A stretch of DNA of 64,000 nucleotides from an uncultured Gammaproteobacteria bacterium (GTDB lineage Bacteria; Patescibacteriota; Patescibacteriia; CAZGFX01), in contig CAZGFX010000001.1 of assembly GCA_964524845.1 (NCBI GenBank), positions 293,034 to 357,033 of the forward strand, written 5' to 3'. Below, piece by piece: positions 40,077 through 50,630 of this stretch (within the stretch, counting starts at the first letter, position 1; each line of letters starts with the position of its first letter). Below the pieces are notes generated by a model that saw only the letters and a program-made list of their open reading frames with translations, was not told the DNA's origin and searched no databases. The translations under genes and the position numbers were made by a program.

Positions 40077-40427
40077 TTAGGTTGTTTGTAATGTACGCAT
40101 AAGACCTCGTATACGTCCTATTAGTTCTTCATCAAGCGAGATTGATTGCGCAACATGATCTTGCTCGATCTGATCGAGCTCGGCACGAAAAATCTCATCT
40201 ACTTCTTTTGTTTCTTGTTCGAGATATGCCGCCTCAAGTGCAATCATAAAATCTTCCGCTTGTTTCCTTTCCATAAGCGGAACACTTTCAATTAAAGTAC
40301 TTTTAACATCGTTTGGAACCTGCAACGCACTAATATAAAACGCGAGCTTGCGCCCTAGAATTTCTTCTTGGGTTTCATATGTCTTTACATCATCACCTTG
40401 TGTTTGAACAGCTGTTTGCATGGCCAC
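40077..40427 (-). CDS. Hypothetical helical protein, probably co-transcribed with the large coiled-coil gene
   Basis: 116 aa, 4-bp gap to the next gene. Confidence 0.7.
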   Translation of the reverse strand: MAMQTAVQTQGDDVKTYETQEEILGRKLAFYISALQVPNDVKSTLIESVPLMERKQAEDFMIALEAAYLEQETKEVDEIFRAELDQIEQDHVAQSISLDEELIGRIRGLMRTLQTT

Positions 40428-40558
40428 ATTATACTATTTTTTATTGCTTATCGCAAAAAACACCGGGCCGATGAAATCGGCCCGGTGGCTTCTTTTTTAC
40501 TACATTTCTACATCAAGTTTTCGCAGACAGATGAAACAAATCAGTTTTTTTAATTAAT

Positions 40559-42262
40559 TTAATTTTCTGGCTCAGCAGAACCCGCGCCACCTTCAACAGA
40601 AGATTCTGGCGATACGGGATTAATTGATGGAAGTGTTTCTATAATGCCTGATTTTTCAATAAGCGGAACCACTCCTCCTCCAGATATTTTCTCATCAAGA
40701 ATTTCTTTCACAATAGGAACAACTATATTTTTCTGATAGAAGGGTTGATCACCGGGAATATTACTCAAAGGAAAAACAAGTGCAGGAACAAATAAATCAT
40801 CTCCTGTTCCTTTTTCATAATTATACTTAAAATATCTCATATACATGAGAGATGGTGTACCCAGATTAATATCGTGTATATTTGCTCCGCTAGGGCCATA
40901 GAACATACCAAACGTGTTTCCTCCCTGCTCAGCAAAATTAATTATCTTTTTCACATCCTTCTCGACAGCATAAGACGACCCCTCATAAGTCTGTGTTGTA
41001 ATCGAATTTACATTCGTTACTTTCTTTTGTCGTATGTCAATTGAAATATTGATTCCATATGATATACCGGAATCTTCAAAAACTTTTTTTCCATCAATCA
41101 AAAGTGGAAATGACACACTCATTGATTCTGGTATATATACAGAGCTCTTATCCTGAGCTGTTTCATACATAATTCTCCAATCGTCCGAAACTTCCGGATC
41201 CCCATAATATGACATATCTATTCCTTTTTCTATGACAAATTGTTTTGCAATAGAAATAAGTTCATCATTAGAAAGAACTTCTGATGGCTTGATTCCATCA
41301 TATGGCTGAATACAACGCACAGCGTCACCACCACATCTCGTGGCATCAGACTGTGGCCAACGTAACCAGTTTTGTGATATAAAAACAACTCCTTCATCAA
41401 ATTGAGCATTGATAATATATCCGAAATCTTCGTCTTGAGCAGTCTCAATCATTCGCAAACGATTGTTTGTGAATTTTTTTAAATCAATGCCAGGAAGTTT
41501 GAATCCGGAAATAAGTTTGATCACATCTGTCGGACGTTCCGTTGATTTGATTCTTCGAAGAACAGAAAGCTCGTCTTCATTAATTGTTATTGGGTCTCCT
41601 TTGTAAACAAATCTATATGAAGGATACTCGTATGGTGGCATAGAACTTCCTTGTGAGCCATCAGATACGGCACTTCCTGAAACAGGAGCCGATGGTGAAG
41701 CTGATGTTCCACCACCACCTCCGAAACCCTCAACAACATTAGTAGAAACATTGTCTCTAACGCTATCATTTCCAAACGATCTTGATACTGCAATATCACG
41801 AGTCGGAGCAACAGAAGATAATGTCTCTTTTGTTCCCAAGAAACCTGAACCACCCTCGGTTTTAAGAGATCCAAATGCGTTTTTTGCAATAGTACGAACC
41901 TCTTGTTTCACTGGTCCGAGCGCGAGATCACTCTCAATAGGAAGTGGTGGTCGCGAGAATCTGTAATACATTATAGGTATCAAAAGTACTGCGCATATCG
42001 CCGCGCCGCTAACAACATAAAAAAACTTTTTCATACTATGAAATTGTGAGAGCAGTGAAACCGGTGGTTTTGCCGCGACTGAAACGGCGGCGCGGCTCAT
42101 AAGCTCTGATCGAACACGCTTCACAAAATTTTCATCACACTTCGTATCAGGACGAGCGGATATCATTCGCTCAAGCACAGAAACAACTTCTTGTTCATGC
42201 TCACGAAGCGAAGGATCTATTAAATATAGTTCATCGAGAATTGTGCGAAGCTTGTTATCCAT
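40559..42262 (-). CDS. Putative anti-sigma factor (single TM, large extracellular domain)
   Basis: Directly downstream of an ECF sigma; cytoplasmic N-terminus then one TM helix. Confidence 0.7.
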   Translation of the reverse strand: MDNKLRTILDELYLIDPSLREHEQEVVSVLERMISARPDTKCDENFVKRVRSELMSRAAVSVAAKPPVSLLSQFHSMKKFFYVVSGAAICAVLLIPIMYYRFSRPPLPIESDLALGPVKQEVRTIAKNAFGSLKTEGGSGFLGTKETLSSVAPTRDIAVSRSFGNDSVRDNVSTNVVEGFGGGGGTSASPSAPVSGSAVSDGSQGSSMPPYEYPSYRFVYKGDPITINEDELSVLRRIKSTERPTDVIKLISGFKLPGIDLKKFTNNRLRMIETAQDEDFGYIINAQFDEGVVFISQNWLRWPQSDATRCGGDAVRCIQPYDGIKPSEVLSNDELISIAKQFVIEKGIDMSYYGDPEVSDDWRIMYETAQDKSSVYIPESMSVSFPLLIDGKKVFEDSGISYGINISIDIRQKKVTNVNSITTQTYEGSSYAVEKDVKKIINFAEQGGNTFGMFYGPSGANIHDINLGTPSLMYMRYFKYNYEKGTGDDLFVPALVFPLSNIPGDQPFYQKNIVVPIVKEILDEKISGGGVVPLIEKSGIIETLPSINPVSPESSVEGGAGSAEPEN

Positions 42263-42263
42263 A

Positions 42264-42824
42264 TTATTTATATTTGGTTAGGATTAAAATTATAAAAAGA
42301 ATAAGTGGCATGGTTGAGCGAAGTTCCGAGAGAGTGCGAGAAAAAATCATCTTACAATTCGCCTCGCTCTTCCCCACTATATTTGCAATCTCATTATATG
42401 ACATGTCTTGCCATACACGCATGGTAAGTATGTCGCGCTGAACCGAAGAAAGTTTTTTTATGTATGGTTCAAGCGCGCTTATTTGTATCGAGATATCAGC
42501 GTCTTTTTCTATTGAAGAATCTTCTGAGAGATCCCAAACATCATCTATGTTTTTCTCTTCTTTTTTGCTTCGATAAAAATCAATAACTGTGTTTCTCGCA
42601 ATCGTATAGAGCCAAGATGAAAAACTTCCTTTAGATAAATCAAAATCATTTATATGTTCTAGCGCCTTCATAAAAGTCTGGCTTGTGAGATCTTCTGCGG
42701 TATGTGTGTGGTGTGTTTTATAATAAATGAAATCATAAATTCGCCTCACGTACATATCATACAGAGTGCCAAACGCCTCAGTAGAACCATTTCGATACTG
42801 CGTTATAAGCTCGATATCAGTCAT
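42264..42824 (-). CDS. ECF sigma factor
   Basis: AEDLTSQTFMKA, FSSWLYTIARN..ID, MSYNEIANIVG. Confidence 0.95.
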   Translation of the reverse strand: MTDIELITQYRNGSTEAFGTLYDMYVRRIYDFIYYKTHHTHTAEDLTSQTFMKALEHINDFDLSKGSFSSWLYTIARNTVIDFYRSKKEEKNIDDVWDLSEDSSIEKDADISIQISALEPYIKKLSSVQRDILTMRVWQDMSYNEIANIVGKSEANCKMIFSRTLSELRSTMPLILFIILILTKYK

Positions 42825-43191
42825 GATCGTATTAATCCGTTTTTAGTATCTGAAGTAATAATACTGGAGTAATGATAATCAACGCAATACTCAAAATCAT
42901 ATATGTGTATAGAAGTTTAAAAACCAATAATGAAGGAACGGGCAAAAGCGCCCATGTTCGCCCTTCTTTTTTCTTTTTACAAAAGAAGTCGCCCGAACCT
43001 TCTTATTATATATACGAATTGGAAACGAAAAAGTAACGCCACAAATCAGTTTTACGACATGTTTTTGACTTAAATACAATTTTTTATGATTGACATATAA
43101 AAACATTAGGTTTAATCTTATATGAAAAATGTTTTTAAAATTTCTTAAAATAATAACTAAACAGTTCCTTTAAAAGGGACAGGAGGATGTA

Positions 43192-44682
43192 ATGAGAAAG
43201 TTTTCTGAAAAAGATGATGTAAAAGTAGAGCTTCTTTTTCCAAAAAAAGAACACATTGACCTCGCTGGATTTATAAACACTGTTGCGAAAACATGTTACG
43301 AACCAGAAATACCTATGGATGAAAATGGTGATATAGGTGTTCCGCTTAGTAAAAGACTTGATATATTTAAACAACTTTATATGCCACAACATCACACAAC
43401 GATGGAACATATAAACTTTTCTTTCGCTATAGAGGGAACTTCTGTGAGCAGCGTAACATTTGGTTTACACCTTGTGCATCCATTCTATGTATCAGATCAA
43501 AGAAGTGGACGATTCTGTGGAAAAATGTTTGAAAATCCCGATATCGAAAAATTAATGAAGTATGTAAAATCTTCTCTTCATATTTCTCTAGATAAAGTTA
43601 ATATGTACGAAACATATATTAGAAGAAGTCTTGAGTACTATAATTCTTTGCTTCCTGAAGCTACTGAAATCGCAAAAAAACTTATCAAAAAAGAACGTCC
43701 GAACGCAAGTGAAAAATATATTGAGATAAATGCTCCGAAAATGGCACAAGAACAAGCAAGAATGCTTATTCCGACCATATTTCCAACAGGACTTGTATAT
43801 ACGACTAATTTTATTGGGTTGGCTTCTCTTTTTGCCACATCGTGGTCATTTGAGCTTGATCGTATTGTTGAGCTGATGAGAGATGAGTTTTTAAAACAGT
43901 GGCCTGAGTTTGAATTCGGGTTTCAAGAACTTCTTGATATGTCCCGCACAGATGGAAAAACCTTTATAAAAACACAAGGACCTCTTTTTGATTGGGAAAG
44001 AACAAAATTGCCTTTTGATATCAGAACTAAGAATTTCTTAAAATACGAACCTGAAGCAAAAGCAATTGAAATAGACGCCGACAAGTTTGTGTCACCCAAA
44101 TCAAACAGCCATTTACACCCGCTTGATCTTCTTCAGTATAATCCTGAATATATGGATAATTCTTTGTATGGATTAGAAAGCTGGGCAAAAATGTCTGTTG
44201 CTACAATGGGTCAGGACCAGAGACACAGGACGATAAAAAGAACGTTTCCTGTTCTTACAGGAGAGTTTTATTGCCCTCCTATACTCAGAGAAATGGGAAA
44301 ATTTGCTACACTTGCAATTGCAGAGGTTGCCGACAGGTGGGTTGAATTAACCGACGGTTATGATGATGCTATTTTTAGCATGATTCCTTACGGAGCGATG
44401 GTATCATACAATAAAAAAGCATCTTTTAATGCACTTATTCATGAACAGGAAAAAAGACTCTGCTTCTGCGCTCAAGAAGAAATTTATAACCTTAACAGAA
44501 AACTAATGTTAAGCGTAGATAAAAAACTAAAAAAACACGAGAACCGAGGTACAATATTAATGGATGTTTTTGAGCCGCCGTGTCACAGAACAGGAAGATG
44601 TAATGAAGGTGGTCGATATTGTGGAAAGATAATCGGAAGACCAAATAAAAACGAACGAATAAACCCGATACGACAAGTATAA
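43192..44682 (+). CDS. thyX: FAD-dependent thymidylate synthase with two fused ThyX-like domains
   Basis: HHTTMEH, SDQRSGRF and EQARMLIP in the first half; QDQRHRT and RLCFCAQEEI in the second. Confidence 0.8.
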   Translation: MRKFSEKDDVKVELLFPKKEHIDLAGFINTVAKTCYEPEIPMDENGDIGVPLSKRLDIFKQLYMPQHHTTMEHINFSFAIEGTSVSSVTFGLHLVHPFYVSDQRSGRFCGKMFENPDIEKLMKYVKSSLHISLDKVNMYETYIRRSLEYYNSLLPEATEIAKKLIKKERPNASEKYIEINAPKMAQEQARMLIPTIFPTGLVYTTNFIGLASLFATSWSFELDRIVELMRDEFLKQWPEFEFGFQELLDMSRTDGKTFIKTQGPLFDWERTKLPFDIRTKNFLKYEPEAKAIEIDADKFVSPKSNSHLHPLDLLQYNPEYMDNSLYGLESWAKMSVATMGQDQRHRTIKRTFPVLTGEFYCPPILREMGKFATLAIAEVADRWVELTDGYDDAIFSMIPYGAMVSYNKKASFNALIHEQEKRLCFCAQEEIYNLNRKLMLSVDKKLKKHENRGTILMDVFEPPCHRTGRCNEGGRYCGKIIGRPNKNERINPIRQV

Positions 44683-44798
44683 AAAAACAACCAAGGATTA
44701 ATCGGTATCAATCTTTGGTTAAAGAAAAAACAATAACACACAAAAACAAAAAAGCGCCCGTTAAAAAACGAGTGCTTTTTTATTTTGTACGAATGGAA

Positions 44799-45134
44799 TT
44801 ATTCGCGATCGAAACGACGTGGGCGTCCTCCGCCAAAACCACCTCTTCCACCACCACCGCCTGTGCGTTGTGGACGATCTTCCATAGGACGAGCTTCTGA
44901 CACGACGAGTGTTCGTCCGCCAAAATCCTGTCCATTGTACATGTTAATTGCTGCATCAGCATCTTCGTCATTTGTCATCTCAACGAATCCAAATCCTTTT
45001 GAGCGACCTGACATGCGATCAGTAATAATACGTGCTGATTCTACAGCGCCGGCTTTTGCAAACGCTTCCTGCAGTTCCGCTTCGGTCACTGCATATGGAA
45101 GGCCGCCGACATATAATCTCTTTGCCATAAACAT
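44799..45134 (-). CDS. RRM RNA-binding protein with Gly/Arg-rich tail
   Basis: RNP2 LYVGGL and RNP1 KGFGFVEM. Confidence 0.95.
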   Translation of the reverse strand: MFMAKRLYVGGLPYAVTEAELQEAFAKAGAVESARIITDRMSGRSKGFGFVEMTNDEDADAAINMYNGQDFGGRTLVVSEARPMEDRPQRTGGGGGRGGFGGGRPRRFDRE

Positions 45135-45308
45135 TTTGTTAATAAGTATTGTAAGCGGAAATCTCTTTTACATAATCGTCCTACTTACTTAAAAACAGAA
45201 TGTTTCCTAAGCACAATAGATTCTCGATTGAGATATTGCTCACAATGGGTTTAGTCTACACGAATTTTCAGGTTTGTCAACAAGCCTTATTTATGGCATT
45301 ATAAGCCA

Positions 45309-46604
45309 TTATATTCCTTCGTTATAATCGCTTGTAAACTCATTTGGTGTATGTTGATCTCTGTTTGTTCTCTCTTTTATAATGAAAAAGAAGACTCCCC
45401 AAGCAAAAAACGTGACCACACTTGCGAGAATAATTGGCAAATGAACATGAATCACAGTCACAATTCCCGCAATCACTGGCGGAAGAATCTGAGCAAGTGA
45501 TTGAAATGATTGTGTGATACCAAGAATCTCTCCTTGAGAATCATCGTCTGCCATATTTGAAATAAACGCCGTTGTATTCGGGTGCACAAGTCCTTGTGCA
45601 ATGGCAATGATTGGAATCATAATAAATAGAGTATAGTGTTGATGCGCAAACAAAGGAAGAAGCAGACTCACAGCAAGTACAAGTGGCGCGACACGAAGCA
45701 CTTGTCTCGGTGAAAAACGTTTCGAAATCGGTTTCACAAAAAAAGCTTGCGCAAGCACAATCCACAGACCTGCGTATGCGAAAAAATTACCAATTTGCGC
45801 CTGAGAAAAATCAAATCGTTTTATAAGAAAAACTTGAAAAAACTGGGTAAAAAAATTAATTCCCATACATAGGAGAAACACAACAGCAAATGCGGCGTGG
45901 GCGTGCTGAATATGAAATGCTCGAAGAATATTTTTTACTCCTGCAAACGCATCTATTTTCGTCAGGACACGAAGCACGAGTGTTTCTCTGAAATAAAATA
46001 AAATAAGTATTAGATTTATGAATGCGAGTATAGCCGCACACCATAGTGGCGTCGCATATCCAAACAATCCTCCATACGAAGACTCGGATAAAACCCCACC
46101 AATATAAGGACCTGCGATAAGTCCTAGTCCGAACGCGGCATGCACCAATCCGAAATTATGCGCTTTTGTTTCAGGAGTACTCCTATCAGCAATCGCGGAA
46201 AGAGCTATCGACATGTTACCACCTGTAAATCCATCGAGAAGACGACTAAAAAACAACAGAGGAATGCTTCCGATCAGCACGCCCACTCCAGCGCATGCAT
46301 ATCCGATAACCGTGCCCGCTATAGATAAAATCAATATCTTCCTCCTTCCTACTCTATCAGAAAGCGCGCCGAGAATCGGCGCGCCAAAAAACTGAGCCAG
46401 AGGAAAAGCAGCAATAATAAGCCCGAGCAAAACAGTTTTAACTCCAAAGGGAGTAGCAGGAGAAAAAATTTGGTGATCTCCAGTAAGAAAAAGTGGCGCT
46501 AATATCGGGATGACTATTCCGAGTCCGAGCATATCGATAAACACCACCAGAAGCAGTGGTGCAATCGATTGTCTTTTTATAGGAATTGTTTGAGAAGATT
46601 CCAT
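45309..46604 (-). CDS. MFS efflux transporter (TetA/DHA1-like)
   Basis: DMLGLGIVIP, GALSDRVGRR motif A, about 12 TM segments. Confidence 0.9.
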   Translation of the reverse strand: MESSQTIPIKRQSIAPLLLVVFIDMLGLGIVIPILAPLFLTGDHQIFSPATPFGVKTVLLGLIIAAFPLAQFFGAPILGALSDRVGRRKILILSIAGTVIGYACAGVGVLIGSIPLLFFSRLLDGFTGGNMSIALSAIADRSTPETKAHNFGLVHAAFGLGLIAGPYIGGVLSESSYGGLFGYATPLWCAAILAFINLILILFYFRETLVLRVLTKIDAFAGVKNILRAFHIQHAHAAFAVVFLLCMGINFFTQFFQVFLIKRFDFSQAQIGNFFAYAGLWIVLAQAFFVKPISKRFSPRQVLRVAPLVLAVSLLLPLFAHQHYTLFIMIPIIAIAQGLVHPNTTAFISNMADDDSQGEILGITQSFQSLAQILPPVIAGIVTVIHVHLPIILASVVTFFAWGVFFFIIKERTNRDQHTPNEFTSDYNEGI

Positions 46605-46667
46605 ACTTAATTATATCGCCTTCAACTCGTATACAAACGAGATGAAAATAAAAGAGCGATATAAATT

Positions 46668-47348
46668 TTATGCCTGTTGCGATTGTTTTGGAGCTTCTGA
46701 AACAAAAGGAGTGTTTCCACCGCCTTTTTGAATAAGACGATAAACATATGCGGTTGCAATCATAACAATCGGAACAGCAACGATCAATCCGACGAAGAAG
46801 ATAGCGAGACCGATAAGTTCTATAATCATTACAACAATCCAAAAACCAAACAGTGTCCACTTGTATCCATCTGTTATCTGTCCGCTCATTTTCATTGACT
46901 CCATAACACCCATTTTCTTATCAATAACAAGATAAGGAGCAAACTGATATTTCAACATCCAGATAAACCCCGGAACAATGATAAGTATGAAACCGACCAT
47001 TGTGACAATTCCGTACAGAATATTTGTCAGAAAAAATTTCCACAAAACATTCCAAAAGAACGCTTCATTTCCGGAAATTTCTTTCCAAGACACACTCTTT
47101 CCATCAACAACACGAAGTGAAATCCACATAAGAGCCGCTGTAAAAACAAAAATTATAACTAGATATACTATCTGGAAAACGAACAAAAGTAACATGTTTG
47201 ACTTAACAACGTCCGAACCCATTAAAAGATTAAACAAGAGCACAACAACAAATAATACAGCTGTAAACGAAAGAAGAAACTGGAGATGTTTCTTGGTCAT
47301 ATTCCAACCAAACATAACAGCTTCTTTATACGAAAATGTTTTTGACAT
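46668..47348 (-). CDS. Integral membrane protein (DUF975-like)
   Basis: LIIVPG...FAPYLVID....ESMKMS..IT.G.KW. Confidence 0.8.
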   Translation of the reverse strand: MSKTFSYKEAVMFGWNMTKKHLQFLLSFTAVLFVVVLLFNLLMGSDVVKSNMLLLFVFQIVYLVIIFVFTAALMWISLRVVDGKSVSWKEISGNEAFFWNVLWKFFLTNILYGIVTMVGFILIIVPGFIWMLKYQFAPYLVIDKKMGVMESMKMSGQITDGYKWTLFGFWIVVMIIELIGLAIFFVGLIVAVPIVMIATAYVYRLIQKGGGNTPFVSEAPKQSQQA

Positions 47349-47475
47349 ATAATTGATTTTTTATATAACGAATGTAGTATACGCTTTCATAAGCCAAAAA
47401 ACAAGGCTTATTACTCTTGTTTTGTTTTATAAAATATAAAAGACCTCCTTATTAAAGAGATCTTTTTATGATATT

Positions 47476-48207
47476 TTAGCTTGCGACAAGAACCGTTTTT
47501 GATTCTTTGTGTTGTTTGTCGGTTTGTTCGTTAATTATTTTCAAACCGAATCGCGGGGTATCTTTTGAAATAAGTCTTAAGAAATTTTCGTAGCAGATAA
47601 TTTCTGTTATGCTGATTTTTGAAAGTCCGCACATTGTCGAAACACGACTCCCTCTCATATCAGACCCATCAAATACGATCAAACTTCCTTTTACAGCATC
47701 GTCCATAATCAGATTTGAAAGATGAGCGTTTCGACACTCAATATTCTTAATCGTTACTGCAGACCACTTCATCTGAGGAGCAAATATGGCGTCAAAGCTC
47801 GTGTTTACAACGGATCCTTTTTTAAAAGAGATTCGTTTCATATTTTTGTTTCCGCGAAATGACATGGCCGTCATGGTACATCTGTTAAAAACAGCGTCGT
47901 TCCAAATCGTATTAAACGCTTTGCCACACGTACTTATATCACACTCTATGAAACGTGATCCCGAAAAATCAGCGTGTGATATATTACACGATCCGATAGT
48001 ACAATTCCTAAAATTGCTTTGCCGGAAACTGATATATGATAGATCCATGCCAGTAAAATCAACTCTATCAAAAAATCTTTTCGACATATCAATTGTGTGT
48101 CCAAAAATTCTGCAATGAACAAAAATTATAACGCGACCAAAAGATGTGTTTTTCCACGCAATTATCTTTTCAACGTCTTCTCGTGATGTCATTTTCTTTT
48201 TTTTCAT
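47476..48207 (-). CDS. Pentapeptide-repeat protein
   Basis: VDFTG MDLSY ISFRQ SNFRN repeats; AGGAG SD. Confidence 0.8.
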   Translation of the reverse strand: MKKKKMTSREDVEKIIAWKNTSFGRVIIFVHCRIFGHTIDMSKRFFDRVDFTGMDLSYISFRQSNFRNCTIGSCNISHADFSGSRFIECDISTCGKAFNTIWNDAVFNRCTMTAMSFRGNKNMKRISFKKGSVVNTSFDAIFAPQMKWSAVTIKNIECRNAHLSNLIMDDAVKGSLIVFDGSDMRGSRVSTMCGLSKISITEIICYENFLRLISKDTPRFGLKIINEQTDKQHKESKTVLVAS

Positions 48208-48454
48208 CGTTTCTCCTATATTGTTTTAATTTTTATTTCTTTGTGTTATTTTTGCGTATAATACTATTTTTATAACTTTTGTCAAGACTTTTTATGAGAA
48301 AATTGTGAGTTCTTTCGTGTTTTGTACATAAAACATTCCATATAAATATATAAACAATTGATAAAAAACGTATTTTCCACTATACTTACATATAAATAAA
48401 CGTGATTGGAAAATAATAAAACACAATAATAAAAAAACAAAAAGGAGTTCTTTT

Positions 48455-48694
48455 ATGGAAACATGTAGCTCGGTCGTAAGTAAAAAAGAAAAGTCGTGGG
48501 AAGAGAAACAAAAGGATGTGTTTTTTGAAAATTATTTTGGAGAAGACCAACATTGTATATGCTGCTGTAAGCCGTCAGTATATTCCGTATCTATCGGAAC
48601 GAAGTCCGTATATTGCTGTGCTAATACTACTTGCAAGGGATTGGCAGAAGCGATTGTTCGTGACCGAAACAAAAAAATAAACTCTCTAAACTAA
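48455..48694 (+). CDS. Small Cys-rich protein, putatively metal-binding
   Basis: CICCCK...YCCANTTC; AAGGAG SD; terminator downstream. Confidence 0.65.
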   Translation: METCSSVVSKKEKSWEEKQKDVFFENYFGEDQHCICCCKPSVYSVSIGTKSVYCCANTTCKGLAEAIVRDRNKKINSLN

Positions 48695-48791
48695 CACGAG
48701 ATTTTTCTTACTAAAACACAAACTCCGCATATAAGCGGAGTTTTTTATTTGTGCTATACTTAGCGTATAAGAATTATAATAAAAGATATTT

Positions 48792-50192
48792 ATGAGAAAA
48801 AATTTATTTTTATTTAGCATAACAATAGTGTTTGCAATCATCTGTACAATAGTGACGGCGCGCGCCGTAAGCGCATCATACGAGTGCGGCGTCGATCCTG
48901 TGTATGATAAATCGTTCGTTGCAGAACTTATAAGCGGAGCAAGGGTTCGTAATATGGCATGTATGGATGGATCTGAAGTTCTCACTGTTCTTTCGTCTGG
49001 AACAAAAGTTAACGTAATAGCAGAAACTGACGGATGGTACAAAGTAAAATTATCAGACGGCACGACGGGTTGGGTCGGCGCGCGCCTCATGAAAAAACTT
49101 TCAGACAGTTCCGAAGAAGTTTCTGGTGCAATAAAGACAACAAGCACTGAATCAAAACCAAGTGAAACACCCTCCACAACATCGACGGCTATTCAAAACA
49201 ATCTAAAGGGATATATTGTACTTCAAGTTGAAAAACGAGGAGAAGCTTGGTATGTCAACGATGACGGAGCTCGTTTTTATATGAAAGATGGAAGCGCGGC
49301 ATATGATATCATGAGAGATCTTGGACTTGGAATTTCAAACAGTGATTTTTCAAAACTTGAAAAAGGAGACACAAGCCTTAAAAACAGACTGAAAGGAAAG
49401 ATCGTATTAAAAGTTCAATCTCGTGGAGAAGCTTTTTATATAAGTCCAAAAGACGGATCTCTTCATTATTTGAAAAATGGTGATGCTGCATACTCAGTCA
49501 TGAAATCTCAGGCTCTTGGAATAACAAATGAGGACATATCAAAAATAAAAGAAAAAGATATTGTGACTTACAAAAAAGAATTATTGGAAAATAAAAAAGA
49601 TACATCAATAAAAAGTGAAAATGGAACAATCACTCTCTCGGCCACAACAGAAAATAACAGCGCCATTCTCTCGTGGACAGTAAACGGAATGAGCGTACCA
49701 AAAGGATTTAAAATTGTTTCAGCAAAACATACACAACCCATATATCCCGGAGATGAATATGTATATCTATCCGACACCGCATCAAGATCCTATGTATGGA
49801 AAGGTCTGCCCGAAGGAACAAACTATATTCGTGTATGCGAATATCTTGGTGGTTCGTGCGGAGTTTATAGTAATGAAGTTTCTGTTAACATAACGGGCTC
49901 GTCCGGACAATTAAACGGATCAATTTCTCTCTCTGGAACATCATCCGGTGGAGTTGTTAAGCTTTCTTGGACACTTGATGGTATGGATTCAGAAAAAGGA
50001 TTTAAGGTCGTGGTATCAGACGACCCAAACCCAGTATATCCAGGAGATGAGTATCACTATTTATCAAACTCAGAAACGAGGTCTGATGAGTGGTCAGATC
50101 TTCCAAAAGGAAAAACTTACCATTTCAGAGTTTGCGAATATCTAGGCGGAAAATGCGGGATATATAGTAATGATCTATCAATTGCGAATTAA
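48792..50192 (+). CDS. Secreted protein with bacterial SH3 domain, duplicated GEA(W/F)Y domain and two FN3-like domains
   Basis: Signal peptide; GWYKVKLSDGTTGWV; repeated LQV..RGEA.Y and PxYPGDEY...RVCEYLGG.CG.YSN. Confidence 0.85.
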   Translation: MRKNLFLFSITIVFAIICTIVTARAVSASYECGVDPVYDKSFVAELISGARVRNMACMDGSEVLTVLSSGTKVNVIAETDGWYKVKLSDGTTGWVGARLMKKLSDSSEEVSGAIKTTSTESKPSETPSTTSTAIQNNLKGYIVLQVEKRGEAWYVNDDGARFYMKDGSAAYDIMRDLGLGISNSDFSKLEKGDTSLKNRLKGKIVLKVQSRGEAFYISPKDGSLHYLKNGDAAYSVMKSQALGITNEDISKIKEKDIVTYKKELLENKKDTSIKSENGTITLSATTENNSAILSWTVNGMSVPKGFKIVSAKHTQPIYPGDEYVYLSDTASRSYVWKGLPEGTNYIRVCEYLGGSCGVYSNEVSVNITGSSGQLNGSISLSGTSSGGVVKLSWTLDGMDSEKGFKVVVSDDPNPVYPGDEYHYLSNSETRSDEWSDLPKGKTYHFRVCEYLGGKCGIYSNDLSIAN

Positions 50193-50249
50193 TCATCGTT
50201 CATAAAAATACAAAACTCGTCCCAAAAACAAGAAGGGGACGAGTTTTTA

Positions 50250-50504
50250 TTATGACAAAATTCTTTTCTTCTTTTTTGTTTTTTCTTCAGTCAAATATTC
50301 ACTAATCGCTTTTCTTCCTCGATCGCAAAAAGTACACAATCCTCCATCACCACAATATTGACAAGACTCCCTCTCAAAAAGAATTGGTTTTTCGACATCG
50401 TCTGTATGAGAAGTGTTTGTTTGTTTATCAAAAGAAACAATCTTCATTTTACGTTTTTTTGATTCACTCAAATCAAGTTCAAATTGATCAGGATTGTGTT
50501 TCAT
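50250..50504 (-). CDS. Small protein with four-Cys motif
   Basis: CQYCGDGGLCTFC. Confidence 0.6.
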   Translation of the reverse strand: MKHNPDQFELDLSESKKRKMKIVSFDKQTNTSHTDDVEKPILFERESCQYCGDGGLCTFCDRGRKAISEYLTEEKTKKKKRILS

Positions 50505-50630
50505 AAAAATGTCTTATATATAAATTATATCACAAAACCGTAGTAAAAATAAAAAAACCACCAATTATTAATCGATGGTTTTGTTTTTTTGTACTAAATA
50601 GATAATTTATTATTCTTTTTTTAACTAATT

